From positions 64,001 through 128,000 of the forward strand of contig CAWJQQ010000008.1 in NCBI GenBank assembly GCA_963845065.1: a stretch of DNA of 64,000 nucleotides, read 5' to 3'. Numbering within the stretch: the first letter of the stretch is position 1; each line of letters begins with the position of its first letter. Below are positions 30,662-40,859 of the stretch, in pieces. The stretch is from Nitrospirota bacterium (GTDB lineage: Bacteria > Nitrospirota > UBA9217). The notes under the pieces were generated by a model that did no database searches, had not been told where the DNA came from, and saw nothing but the letters and a program-made list of their open reading frames with translations. Made by a program: the position numbers and the translations under genes.

Positions 30662-30973
30662 ATGAGCCTGTTGACGGTTGCATCCCTTGTTTTTCTTTTG
30701 AACATTCCTTTTGGCTACTGGAGGGCCAACGTGCGGAAACTCTCGTTTCCCTGGTTTCTTTCGGTTCATGCGCCTGTTCCCTTTATCATTGCCCTTCGGC
30801 TGCTTTCAGGCATGGGCTTTCAACTCATAACCTTCCCGTTCATGATCGTTGCATATTTCGGCGGCCAGTTTGCGGGCAGCTGGCTCCACAGTATGCGCAA
30901 AAAAAAAGACGGATTGCAAGTCAGCTCCTGCCTTGTCTGGGATCTTGTCGGCCCGCAACAAAAACGCTATTAA
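30662..30973 (+). CDS. Small hypothetical membrane protein
   Basis: LNIPFGYWRA...WFLSVHAPVPFII; three hydrophobic segments. Confidence 0.75.
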   Translation: MSLLTVASLVFLLNIPFGYWRANVRKLSFPWFLSVHAPVPFIIALRLLSGMGFQLITFPFMIVAYFGGQFAGSWLHSMRKKKDGLQVSSCLVWDLVGPQQKRY

Positions 30974-31105
30974 GCGCGCAGCCTCCAACGCTAGGTAATC
31001 TAGTACATGCGGACAGTTTTACGGCAAGAAGCTAATCACCTCATGAAAATTATCAAGCTTGTTCCTCCGTCCCTTCTGTAAGCCTCTGAGTAATTTTCTT
31101 TACCA

Positions 31106-31950
31106 AATCATCCGCAGAAAGCCCCTGGTTTTAACCATGGGGATGAATGCGGGAACTTAACGCCTCGACAATTGCTATATAAATGTTCATCTATATGGTA
31201 TATTTGACCTTAAAACGGCGCTAGGCTATTCAGAAGAATAAAAGCAAGCTTAGCCCCGGGAGGTTCAAAGCTGCCAAAAACCTGGTCAAATACACCCTGA
31301 ATACCACCTTCATGAGTACATAGTTAGCTTAGAAACGCCTGCTGAATAGAAAGCCTGGATCAGGCATTGCCTGACTGTTTCCCGGGTCGCAAAACGCGTT
31401 GGAGAAATCATGGTGCCAAGATGCCGTCACCAACTACGAGCTTAGCAAACATGGTAAACTACGGTTCAAGCGCCGTGGCTGGATGTCTTCCCATGAACGA
31501 AAAAACAATAAGTTCGGTTTCAGATGGTGCGATGATCATGTTGGATGGACCGCGCTTATTCTCCGCTGCATCTTCGACCGCAAAGACAAGCAGGTGCCCA
31601 GGCCCATGCGCTTAGCCATGACGTCAAGTACGTAAGTCTGGTCAAAAAACCATCCGAGGCAATCCCGGCTGGTTTGTCCAACTCGTGCTGAAAGGTCCGC
31701 CAAGATCAAGCCAGAGAATCAGGTTGGCGCTGAAACCATTGGCCTCGATACCGGTCCGTGCAGCTGCCATTGTCTGCGATATCGATGCCCTGCTCCTTGA
31801 ATTCTATCCGGAAGTTGAGATACCGCACAAACGTATAAGGTTCATGCAGCGTAAAATGGACAGAAGCCTTAGGGCCACTAATCCGGGCAACGACAACGCA
31901 AACGGGACTATAAAAACCGGTAAAAGGCAGTGGGTCTTTTCCACCTATAC
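31106..31950 (+). mobile_element. tnpB: Degraded IS200/IS605-family element (TnpB pseudogene), copy A
   Basis: End hairpin GAAAGCCCCTGGTTTTAACCATGGGG. Frameshifted TnpB-like fragments: KHGKLRFK..RKNNKFGFRWCDDHVGW, GLDTGP (RuvC-I-like), RKMDRSLRATNPGNDNANGTIKTG. Confidence 0.8.
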
Positions 31951-32079
31951 CGTGCTCTTAATGCTGAGTTGGCCGAGCTTTGCCTCATATTATTATAGGA
32001 TATTTAATCAATTGTTTATGTATTCACAGGGACAATGAATGCCCTTGCTATCCCGTCTGCCCTCGGGCATAATGATGAC

Positions 32080-33684
32080 ATGTTTTTGATCTTCCCCCCT
32101 GTTGCAAAGCCCTGCGAGCCCCCTGCCGGCATAGCGAAACTCGCAGGTGCGCTAAAAGCACATGATATTTCATATACAATCCTGGATGCGAATATTGAAG
32201 GACTTCTTTTCCTGCTGCAACAACCGAAGTCGGCGCAGGATACATGGACGCGCAGGTCATTAAAAAATATCTCAAATAATCTTACAGCGCTTCGCGGTGC
32301 CAACACCTATAGATCACGCAGCCGATATAGTAGTGCCGTTCAGGAGTTGCAACGCGCGATTGAAGTTTCGGTCAAGGATACGAGGGCTGTCCTTGGGCTG
32401 GCGGACTATCATGATAATGATCTGTCTCCAGTCCGAAGCGCAGATTTAATTTCAGCAGCCACACATCCAGAAAGAAATCCTTACTTCCCGTACTTCAGCA
32501 AGCGGTTGACTAAAATCATCGAAGCGTCCTGCTTTTCGCAGAGACGCTCTTCGATTTTGCGCAGGGCAGATTCCGGATGCAAGGAAGGGCAAAAAGATAC
32601 AGTTGATAAGGAACACGAAGCGGGATTTAATGTAGGTTTTTCGCTCAACTATTTGAGCCAGGCACTCACTGCCTTTGCTATGATCGGTTATATTAAACAA
32701 CAATTTACGCATGTGAAAATTGTGTTGGGCGGAGGACTAGTCAGTTCATGGATGAAGAGGCCGGGTTTCAAAAACCCGTTTGGTGATCTTGTGGATCATC
32801 TTATCTGCGGACCTGGTGAGGTTCCCTTGCTCAGTCTGTTCGACGTCAAGGAACCGAAGCCACATCACGCCACCCCGGACTATTTAGGTTTGCCTCTTCA
32901 AGCATACCTATCACCAGGATTTATTCTCCCGTACAGCGGCTCAAGCGGTTGCTACTGGAGGAAGTGTTCCTTCTGCCCGGAGACAGCTGAAGATAATCCT
33001 TACCTTCCCGTCCCGGCAGCACAAGCCATGACCGAACTTCAATCTCTGGTTGCGAATACGCGACCACTCCTGGTCCATCTGCTCGACAACGCAATCAGTC
33101 CTGCGCTCATGCATGAACTATTGCACCATCCTCTTGGCGTCCCGTGGTACGGATTCGCACGGATCAGCAGAGACCTCTTAGATAAAGATTATTGCATGGC
33201 GCTTAAAAGATCGGGCTGTGCAATGCTTAAGCTTGGTTTGGAATCAGGAGACCAGGGAGTTCTCGATGGATTGCAGAAAGGTATCGACCTTGGGGAGGCA
33301 TCGGAGGTCTTGAAAAATCTGAAGAAGGCAGGGATCGCAACGTATATATACCTTCTCTTCGGCACACCGGCAGAGACGATAGCCAAAGCACGCAGGACGC
33401 TCGAGTTCGTTGTCCAGCATGCGGATGCGATTAGCTATCTGAACATCGCAATCTTCAACATGCCCTTGTGCAGCAAAGACGCAGAAACATACGAGACCGA
33501 ACAGTTCTATGATGGAGACCTCTCGCTCTATACAGGCTTCAAACATCCTCTGGGATGGGACCGAAAAATAGTTCGGCAATTCCTGGACACGGAATTTAAG
33601 CGTCACCCGATAATTGCAGCCATCCTCAAAAACGACCCTCCGTTATTCACTTCTAACCACGCGACATTTTTCCAAAAATATTAA
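32080..33684 (+). CDS. B12-binding-domain radical SAM protein
   Basis: LIFPP...PPAGIAKL, GFSLNYLSQA, GCYWRKCSFC, LGLESG, YLLFGTP. The start could be 32035. Confidence 0.9.
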   Translation: MFLIFPPVAKPCEPPAGIAKLAGALKAHDISYTILDANIEGLLFLLQQPKSAQDTWTRRSLKNISNNLTALRGANTYRSRSRYSSAVQELQRAIEVSVKDTRAVLGLADYHDNDLSPVRSADLISAATHPERNPYFPYFSKRLTKIIEASCFSQRRSSILRRADSGCKEGQKDTVDKEHEAGFNVGFSLNYLSQALTAFAMIGYIKQQFTHVKIVLGGGLVSSWMKRPGFKNPFGDLVDHLICGPGEVPLLSLFDVKEPKPHHATPDYLGLPLQAYLSPGFILPYSGSSGCYWRKCSFCPETAEDNPYLPVPAAQAMTELQSLVANTRPLLVHLLDNAISPALMHELLHHPLGVPWYGFARISRDLLDKDYCMALKRSGCAMLKLGLESGDQGVLDGLQKGIDLGEASEVLKNLKKAGIATYIYLLFGTPAETIAKARRTLEFVVQHADAISYLNIAIFNMPLCSKDAETYETEQFYDGDLSLYTGFKHPLGWDRKIVRQFLDTEFKRHPIIAAILKNDPPLFTSNHATFFQKY

Positions 33685-34285
33685 CAACCTGTAAAAATAC
33701 ATGGCCCTCTTCTCGTATTGGACAGTCCCATATCGACAATGCACATGGTCCTGTACTGCATTTGTCACCCTTTATTACGAAAGGGCGCATAACAAAGTGG
33801 AGAACACAATGAAGATGCGAAAGATAATCAGTACTGTACAGGTAGGTTTTGTGTCATTCGCCGACGAGTCTTTGGCCCAAACAGAAGGTTGAACCCTTTT
33901 GTTCTTGGTACTGTGCCCAGCAGGGGAACCCTGAGCAGGCTCTGACTACTCTCAAGTCCGTCCTACAAGGACGGTGCTTTAAAATTGCAGGCAGAAAGAT
34001 TAATCAATAATTTTGCTGTGACGTTGCCTCGGCGCTGCTCTTTGACGTTGTAACATATCTCTTCGCTCGGCATGTCCACGTCAAAGATAATTGACTAATT
34101 GTAAGCCTCAAATTACGAAGAAGAATTTTTTCATTCTCCTAATACAAAAGAATTATAATTATTCTCAAATATCTTGTAACACTTTTTTTTTCGGCTATAT
34201 TTAATATGATACGTTCACACTTTTCCCAGACAACGTTATTCGGATTAGTTACATAGAATATGAAGGTCATATAAGGAGGTCTACG

Positions 34286-35356
34286 ATGAACATCAAGAGT
34301 AACACTATGGGCAGGGCTGTCCGGAGAATGGGTTTCGCGCTGATCATGGGCGCAGCTCTCATTTTGAGTGCCATAACCGCGGCTCAAGCAACAGATGCGG
34401 ACACTGAACTGATCAACAGGGCAAGGACAATATTCGGACCTCTGCCCTCCTCGATGCCGTCTCCCGATAATCCTATTACTCCGGAGAAAGTGAAGCTGGG
34501 AAACGCGCTGTTCTGGGAATCCCGCATATCCGTTGACAGGACGATAAGCTGCGCCAAATGCCATCCAATCGGCCTCTACGCAGTTGACGGCCTCCGGAAG
34601 TCACTGGGGAATAACTGCAAAGTCAATCCGAGAAATGATCCGACTATCCTTAATGCAGCCTCTCAGATATCCGAACACTGGATCGGCAACCGTACGAGCG
34701 TCGAGGACCAGGCCAAACAGGCGCTGATCGGCCCGCCTTCTTTTGGCATGCCCAGCTACGAAGCTGTTGAGAAAATTCTCAGGGGGATGAAGGGGTATGC
34801 GTCCATGTTCAAGGAGGCCTTCCCGAACGAGAAAGAGCCGGTGACCGTTGATAATTTCGCGAAGGCAGTCGGAGCATTTGAGCGGACGCTCGTGACGCCC
34901 TCACCTTTCGACGATTTTATGCAGGGCAATGCCGTTGCGCTCACGGAGCAGCAGAAGCGTGGCTTGGCAACCTTTATGGATACCGGCTGTATGACATGCC
35001 ATTTTAGTCCCTACGTGGGCGGCCAGATGTATCAAAAGTTCGGTGTGTTCGAACCCTACTGGAAATATACCGGGAGCCAGGTAATCGACGTCGGCAGGTT
35101 TGAAGTCACCAAGAACCCCTCTGATCAATATGTGTTCAAAATTCCTGTGCTCAGGAACGTGGCACAAACGCCGCCTTATTTTCACGACGGCTCAGTGGAC
35201 AAGCTTGCAGACGCAGTCTTGATTATGGCAAAAATCCAGCTTGCGAAAGATCTGACAAAAGAGCAGGTTGCGAACATTGCAGCATTTCTCTCATCATTGA
35301 CCGGAAGGATCCCCGAAGAGGCGCTTAAGGTGCCGGTGCTTCCATCAGAAGAATAA
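34286..35356 (+). CDS. Di-heme cytochrome c peroxidase (CcpA/MauG family)
   Basis: Signal peptide, CAKCH and CMTCH, FKIPVLRNV..TPPYFHDGS. Confidence 0.95.
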   Translation: MNIKSNTMGRAVRRMGFALIMGAALILSAITAAQATDADTELINRARTIFGPLPSSMPSPDNPITPEKVKLGNALFWESRISVDRTISCAKCHPIGLYAVDGLRKSLGNNCKVNPRNDPTILNAASQISEHWIGNRTSVEDQAKQALIGPPSFGMPSYEAVEKILRGMKGYASMFKEAFPNEKEPVTVDNFAKAVGAFERTLVTPSPFDDFMQGNAVALTEQQKRGLATFMDTGCMTCHFSPYVGGQMYQKFGVFEPYWKYTGSQVIDVGRFEVTKNPSDQYVFKIPVLRNVAQTPPYFHDGSVDKLADAVLIMAKIQLAKDLTKEQVANIAAFLSSLTGRIPEEALKVPVLPSEE

Positions 35357-35522
35357 TAGTAGTGAAAAGTACCTTGAATGGAAGTGGTATGCCAGATAGG
35401 GGAAAATGACAAAAAACATTCATTGAGAAAAAACAGATCGCATATTTAAACGATTTGTCCGCGTTTGTGTCAAATGATAAGGAGCGTTTAAGCATGATAA
35501 GTATTCCAAGAGGTGCGGTTAT

Positions 35523-36017
35523 ATGAATAACAAATTGTTTACTTCACTAGCTATCAGTGCTTTACTGTTGACTGGCAGCCTTATTTTTTCCCCGCAGAGC
35601 TACGCCCAGGTGAATGTTAACATCGGCGTGGGGTTGCCGGGTCTGATGATCCCTGTACCGCCTGCTATGGTCGTAATACCGGGTACCTATGTGTATTATC
35701 CGCCTGATGTTGGAGTCGATATTTTCTTTTACCGCGGCTACTGGTACCGGCCTTATCGCGGGCACTGGTTTATTTCTACGGAGTATAACGGGCCGTGGGG
35801 CGCTGTTGCAAGAGAGCGTGTTCCTGGCGTCCTTATCCGCCTGCCGCATACATACCGCCATGTTTCTCCGGGATACGAACGAATGCCCTACGGCATGGTA
35901 AGGAATAACTGGAGAGCCTGGGAGCGCGACCAGCACTGGGACAGACGTGAGAACAGACATGAGGATAGGGATAGGGAACATCGAGAAGAACGGGGAGAGA
36001 GAAACTACATGCGCTGA
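35523..36017 (+). CDS. Secreted Pro/aromatic-rich hypothetical protein
   Basis: Signal peptide, VNVNIG, VYYPPD..IFFYRGYWY, YNGPW, charged tail. Confidence 0.8.
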   Translation: MNNKLFTSLAISALLLTGSLIFSPQSYAQVNVNIGVGLPGLMIPVPPAMVVIPGTYVYYPPDVGVDIFFYRGYWYRPYRGHWFISTEYNGPWGAVARERVPGVLIRLPHTYRHVSPGYERMPYGMVRNNWRAWERDQHWDRRENRHEDRDREHREERGERNYMR

Positions 36018-36094
36018 TGAGGCGGCATGTAATGATGCGGTACTTCCGATATCGGGGCAGAGGTAACTCTGACCAGAGCGTTGTTCAGGCGTGA

Positions 36095-37330
36095 CTATAG
36101 TTGATGCACCTTGCCATCAAGGGTGATAAGATCAAGGGATGGGCGGCGGCCGGGAACAGCTACAGCGCTCTTGATAGTGATATCGCCGCGCTTGACGCGA
36201 ACGACGAGCGTGCGCAGGTTCTGGACAGGAATCCGGAGATGTGCCACGCCGTCGATATCGGTGAAGATGCCTTTCTCGATGACACGGTAGCGCAGCGTAG
36301 GAATTGGCTGTGCCTCGAATTCCCACGTAGAGTTGATTTCGTTTGTCGGCAGTCCGAAACTATGAACGCTACCAGTGCACTCGATTTCTCTGACTGGTTT
36401 TGCTATCAGCTCGATATCCACATCAAGCGTGTCCACGATTACCTCGACCTTTTCCGGCACCGTAGGGTAGCCATCAAATTGAATTTGGGCCGACAGATCC
36501 TTGTTAGACGGATTCGCAAAAAGTCCACCACTGATAATCCCTACCCCGAGCAGGCATGAAGCAGCGATCACGGCTGTCTTCAGCCGTGGATTACTTTCAA
36601 TCATTGGGTACATTACTTCACGGGAATCCTCCCGGGCAGGGACCCTGAGAATATAATAGTAGAGTGCGTGAGCCACACCGTAGACTATCAAGCCCGACCA
36701 CACTACATCGGACAAAAAATGCGCACCTGCGACCATCCGGCCAATGCCGAGAAGCGTGCCGAACGTCAAACCGGTTGCTAGTGACGCTACTGCGCGTTTG
36801 GGATGGCTTCTTCGCCAAAGCCACCAGCCCGCCGACATGAGAAAACCCACCGAAGAGTCGCCGCATGGGAAGGACTTGCCGCCGTTGCGTGACGGCACGA
36901 GCGGACGCACATAATCGAACTTGCCGTTGAACTCGATGATCTGGCGCGGTCGAGGCCTGCCCCAATGGTCCTTGAAAACCACATTGATGATGAGGCCTGG
37001 GCCGAGGATCACGCAAAACAGGATGAATAGCCCGTACAATCGTAACCGTTTCGAGCCCTCACGAACTAGTCCAGTGACTATCATAACTACCCCGGCAACA
37101 GCAAAAGACCCGGTTATCCATGGTGTGGCCCGGTAAAGCAGGGACCACAACGGCTCGTTAGCGATGGGCCAAACATCAGCGCTCTCAGGATGAAAGAATG
37201 ACCGTGTCGCGGTAATATCCAGCTGGGAGAATGCAAAAAGAAAGATCGCAAGAAAAGCCAGTGCTACAAGCACAATCAGTTCGGGCAGCCAGTAGCGGCG
37301 ATAGGAGGCGAAAGGTCCCGTGGTGCTCAT
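36095..37330 (-). CDS. PAP2-family membrane phosphatase (LpxF-like) with a C-terminal extracytoplasmic domain
   Basis: KDHWGRPRP, SFPCGD, GRMVAGAHFLSDV; multiple TM helices. Confidence 0.88.
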   Translation of the reverse strand: MSTTGPFASYRRYWLPELIVLVALAFLAIFLFAFSQLDITATRSFFHPESADVWPIANEPLWSLLYRATPWITGSFAVAGVVMIVTGLVREGSKRLRLYGLFILFCVILGPGLIINVVFKDHWGRPRPRQIIEFNGKFDYVRPLVPSRNGGKSFPCGDSSVGFLMSAGWWLWRRSHPKRAVASLATGLTFGTLLGIGRMVAGAHFLSDVVWSGLIVYGVAHALYYYILRVPAREDSREVMYPMIESNPRLKTAVIAASCLLGVGIISGGLFANPSNKDLSAQIQFDGYPTVPEKVEVIVDTLDVDIELIAKPVREIECTGSVHSFGLPTNEINSTWEFEAQPIPTLRYRVIEKGIFTDIDGVAHLRIPVQNLRTLVVRVKRGDITIKSAVAVPGRRPSLDLITLDGKVHQL

Positions 37331-37489
37331 AGATGCCCTGTCAGTGTGTAGATGGTATATTGGTTCATCGTTATCCTCAGGGTTCTCATGCGAAACAGGC
37401 TAGCGAATGAAGGAATGCATAATATCGGTTTAACGCCGGTCAAGTCAATAGAAAAAGCCCACATATTCAGGCATTCTCGCGTAATTACG

Positions 37490-38010
37490 AATCATCCGCA
37501 GAAAGCCCGTTGTTTAACCATGAGAATGCATGCGGGAGCTAACTTTATCGATTGATGGACAAATGTTCATCAACATGGTTTTTTTGATCGAGCAATGACA
37601 AGTAAATCCAAAACATTATCTTTTATCCACGAGTTTCAACTCGTGACTACCTCTAAAGACAATCGGAACCTTAATATCCGTGTTAAAGTTGGCCGCAAAC
37701 TGTACAATCCTGTCTTAGCGAAGCGATGAAACGTCTTGCCGCCATGCGCTGGTCCCGAAAATGGCGCATGGCTATTGAGCAGAATCAAAGCAAGCTTCGC
37801 ACCAGAATGTTCAAAGCTGCCAGAAACCTGGCTGCCAAATAAACCCCGAATACCACCTTCATGATTACATTGGTTAGTTTAGAAACTCCTAATGGATAGA
37901 GGCGTGCAAATAAACAGTCTGGCTGCTCAGAAGATAGCATCAAGAGCATATGATGCCGTCGCCGACTAGGAGTTTGGCAAACATGGTAAACTGTCGTACA
38001 AAGCATTTCA
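37490..38010 (+). mobile_element. tnpB: Degraded IS200/IS605-family element (5' part of a TnpB pseudogene), copy B
   Basis: Begins with the same AATCATCCGCAGAAAGCCC end as 31106. ATG 37595 gives MTSKSKTLSFIHEFQL...GRKLYN, then frameshifts. Alignable by eye with 31210-31470. Confidence 0.78.
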
Positions 38011-38216
38011 GAAACTTATGGCAAAAAGTATATCAAAAGCACTCCAGAGTTTTTTCTCTCGCTGCTTCGCCACCAAGCCGAAAGTGCTGGTGGTAATGTA
38101 ATCGAGTATTCTACAGGAGCGATAAAATTACAAGTTTTTAAAAGGGGGAGTGAGGCAATGATCACAGGAAAATAGACGAATGGCGCAAAGGAAGAGCCCT
38201 AAATGCGGACCGCTAC

Positions 38217-38921
38217 TTACATCCCCAGGAAGGCTTTTTTTACATGTTGATTGTTCAGCAGCTCATCGCCTTTTCCTGTAAGCACGACTCTCCCGGTTTC
38301 GAGGACATAGGCGCGGTGGGCGATGCGGAGCGATTGGTTGACATTCTGTTCCACAAGAAGAATCGTCACTCCCTGGCGGCTGATTTCGGTTATGATCTCG
38401 AAGATGTTTTTTACAAGCAGCGGTGACAGCCCCAGTGAAGGCTCATCGAGGAGGAGCAGTTTGGGGACGGCCATGAGACCGCGTGCGATGGCGAGCATCT
38501 GTTGCTCGCCGCCGGACAACGTGCCGCCGAGCTGATACACTCGTTCCCTCAAGCGGGGGAACATCGCAAATACCCGTTCCCTGTTCTCATGGCGCTTTCT
38601 CCTAGCATTAACGTTGAAAGAGCCCATTCTCAGGTTCTCTAAGACTGTCATCTGAGGGAATATCTTCCTGCCTTCAGGGACCTGTACTACGCCGAGTGCC
38701 ACGACCTCATGTGCCTCGCATTTCGTCAGATCAATGTCATTGTACGAGATCGTGCCGCGTTCGGGCTTTACGAGCCGAGAAATATTGTTCAGGAGTGTCG
38801 ACTTGCCCGCCCCGTTCGCGCCAACGACCGTAACGATTTCACCTTCCCGAACCTCGAGGTCCACATCCCAGAGCACTTTGAGATCGCCGTAGCTGAAGTT
38901 TAGTTTTTCAATTTTAAGCAT
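38217..38921 (-). CDS. livF: Branched-chain amino acid ABC transporter ATP-binding protein
   Basis: GANGAGKST, VPEGRKIF, LSGGEQQMLAIAR, LLDEPSLGL. Confidence 0.95.
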   Translation of the reverse strand: MLKIEKLNFSYGDLKVLWDVDLEVREGEIVTVVGANGAGKSTLLNNISRLVKPERGTISYNDIDLTKCEAHEVVALGVVQVPEGRKIFPQMTVLENLRMGSFNVNARRKRHENRERVFAMFPRLRERVYQLGGTLSGGEQQMLAIARGLMAVPKLLLLDEPSLGLSPLLVKNIFEIITEISRQGVTILLVEQNVNQSLRIAHRAYVLETGRVVLTGKGDELLNNQHVKKAFLGM

Positions 38922-39633
38922 TGCCCTCTCCGAGATAGGCCTGGACGACCATACTGTTGGAGACGATCTCTTGGGGTGTGCCCTCGGCCAGTTTCTCGCC
39001 GGAGTTCAGCACAATAATTTTGTCGGATATACGCATGATTGTTTTCATGTTGTGCTCGATGACTATCTCAGTGATGCCGAGTTTCTTGATGTCGATGATC
39101 AGCTCGACAATCTCCTCGCTTTCCGAGGGGTTCAATCCGCCCATTACCTCGTCCAAAAGCAGTAACTTGGGCCGGGTCGCCAGAACGCGAGCCACTTCAA
39201 GTTTTTTGCGCTCTCCGATGGGGAGGCTGCCGGCGCGGACGTCCAGCCGGTGCTCCATATGAACGACCTTAACCTGTTCCATTGCTATTACTCTCGCCAA
39301 TTTGAGCGAGTTTGTGCGGCATAGGGCACCGACCATGACATTGTCCACCACACTCATCTTAGCGAGCGGTCGAACTTTTTGCCATGTGCGGGCCATGCCT
39401 AGCTTGCATACGGCGTCGGGATGCAGACCGTTCATACGCCGTCCATCGAAGATGATCTCCCCGCGGGAAGGGGGATAATAGCCCGTGATGCAATTAAATA
39501 GGGTTGTCTTGCCTGCGCCGTTAGGACCAATCAGGCCCATTATCATCCCTTGGTTAACTTCGAAAGAAACATCGGAGTTAGCCGCCAAGCCGCCGAAAAA
39601 CTTGCTGACGCGCTTGATCTCGAGAATCGCCAT
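38914..39633 (-). CDS. livG: Branched-chain amino acid ABC transporter ATP-binding protein
   Basis: FGGLAA, GPNGAGKTT, LLLDEVMGGL, AYLG. Confidence 0.95.
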   Translation of the reverse strand: MAILEIKRVSKFFGGLAANSDVSFEVNQGMIMGLIGPNGAGKTTLFNCITGYYPPSRGEIIFDGRRMNGLHPDAVCKLGMARTWQKVRPLAKMSVVDNVMVGALCRTNSLKLARVIAMEQVKVVHMEHRLDVRAGSLPIGERKKLEVARVLATRPKLLLLDEVMGGLNPSESEEIVELIIDIKKLGITEIVIEHNMKTIMRISDKIIVLNSGEKLAEGTPQEIVSNSMVVQAYLGEGNA

Positions 39634-40706
39634 CAAGCCACCCCCTTTCGTTTTTTCGACCAAAGCTTCTTTATGAAGCCTAGCATGCCGTCTGGCATGA
39701 ACATGATGACGACGACAAGCAGGATGCCGTAGATCAGCACATGGGCATGGGACAATTGCTCCTTCAGGAAGGAACCCAGTGCCGATTCCTCTTTGACCAA
39801 TCCGGAGTCAATCAGGGCCTGGGCTATCACGTTGCTGCGTAGGGCTTCCGAAAACGGCACCAGCACCAGCGCGCCGATGACAGGGCCGAGGATAGTCCCA
39901 ATACCACCGATGATGCAGGTCACAACGATTTGGACAGATAGGTCGAGGGCCAGCACCGTGCCAGGGTCAATAAAACCGATATAAAGCCCGAAAAGGCTGC
40001 CAGCAAGGGAGGTGAAAATCGCCGAAATGGCCAGGGCCGCATTCTTGTACATGGTCAGGTTGATGCCCAGCGAATGAGCTGCGTCCTGATCTTCACGAAT
40101 GGCCTGCAAGTAGTACCCTAGTTTCGAATTCTGCACTAGCCAGGTCACAGCAATGACAGCTAGAACCATCACAAGACCGGTGTAGTAAAAGGGCACTTTG
40201 GAAAGGAAATCAGTAATGATCGTGTTGCCGATTTTGAGTGGGGGGATTTCGGTGATCAGGATACCTTCGGCGCCGTTCGTCAGGCCCGTGAGGTTCAGGG
40301 CTGTTACTCGGAATATCTCGGCCACGGCGATGGAAGCGAGGACGAAGTAGGGACCACGCAGACGGAAACAAATAGATCCGATGACCAGACCTACAGCCAC
40401 AGCAACCACGACGCCGACCCAAATACCGTACCAGGGCGCGATGTGTCGGTATTGCAGCAGAATCATCGTCGTGTAGGCGCCCAGGCCGAAATAGGCTGCA
40501 TGGCCTACTGAGTACTGACCTGTGTATCCTCCCAGAATATTCCAGGCCGATCCCGAGACGACGCTGATGAAGATAATGATCATGATGTGGAGAGCATACG
40601 TGCTCGTCACGATTTTCGGCACCAGAAAGAGCAGTACGACCGCGGCAATCGTAAACACGACCCACAGAGTACTGATACCGCGTATGTTGTTTGCGAATGA
40701 TTTCAT
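39633..40706 (-). CDS. livM: Branched-chain amino acid ABC transporter permease
   Basis: WNILGGYTGQYSVGHAAYFGLGAY, RLRGPYF, AIREDQDAA. Confidence 0.93.
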   Translation of the reverse strand: MKSFANNIRGISTLWVVFTIAAVVLLFLVPKIVTSTYALHIMIIIFISVVSGSAWNILGGYTGQYSVGHAAYFGLGAYTTMILLQYRHIAPWYGIWVGVVVAVAVGLVIGSICFRLRGPYFVLASIAVAEIFRVTALNLTGLTNGAEGILITEIPPLKIGNTIITDFLSKVPFYYTGLVMVLAVIAVTWLVQNSKLGYYLQAIREDQDAAHSLGINLTMYKNAALAISAIFTSLAGSLFGLYIGFIDPGTVLALDLSVQIVVTCIIGGIGTILGPVIGALVLVPFSEALRSNVIAQALIDSGLVKEESALGSFLKEQLSHAHVLIYGILLVVVIMFMPDGMLGFIKKLWSKKRKGVA

Positions 40707-40859
40707 ATTTTTTAATTCGATCAATCTTGAATCAAAGTATTATTTGCTACAGCGGATATAGAGAAGAAATATAAAGAAAGATACTCTATTGCTATGAAAC
40801 TACCTAAGCTTTTTTCGGTATGCTTTGTTCTCGCTGTGGCTAAGTTTTTTATTTTCCTT

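Noticed and set aside
33809..33892. Short ORF MKMRKIISTVQVGFVSFADESLAQTEG after the B12 radical SAM gene as a RiPP precursor
   Set aside because: It looks like a decayed signal-peptide fragment next to an IS-end remnant. There is no modifiable motif and no RRE is evident in the enzyme.
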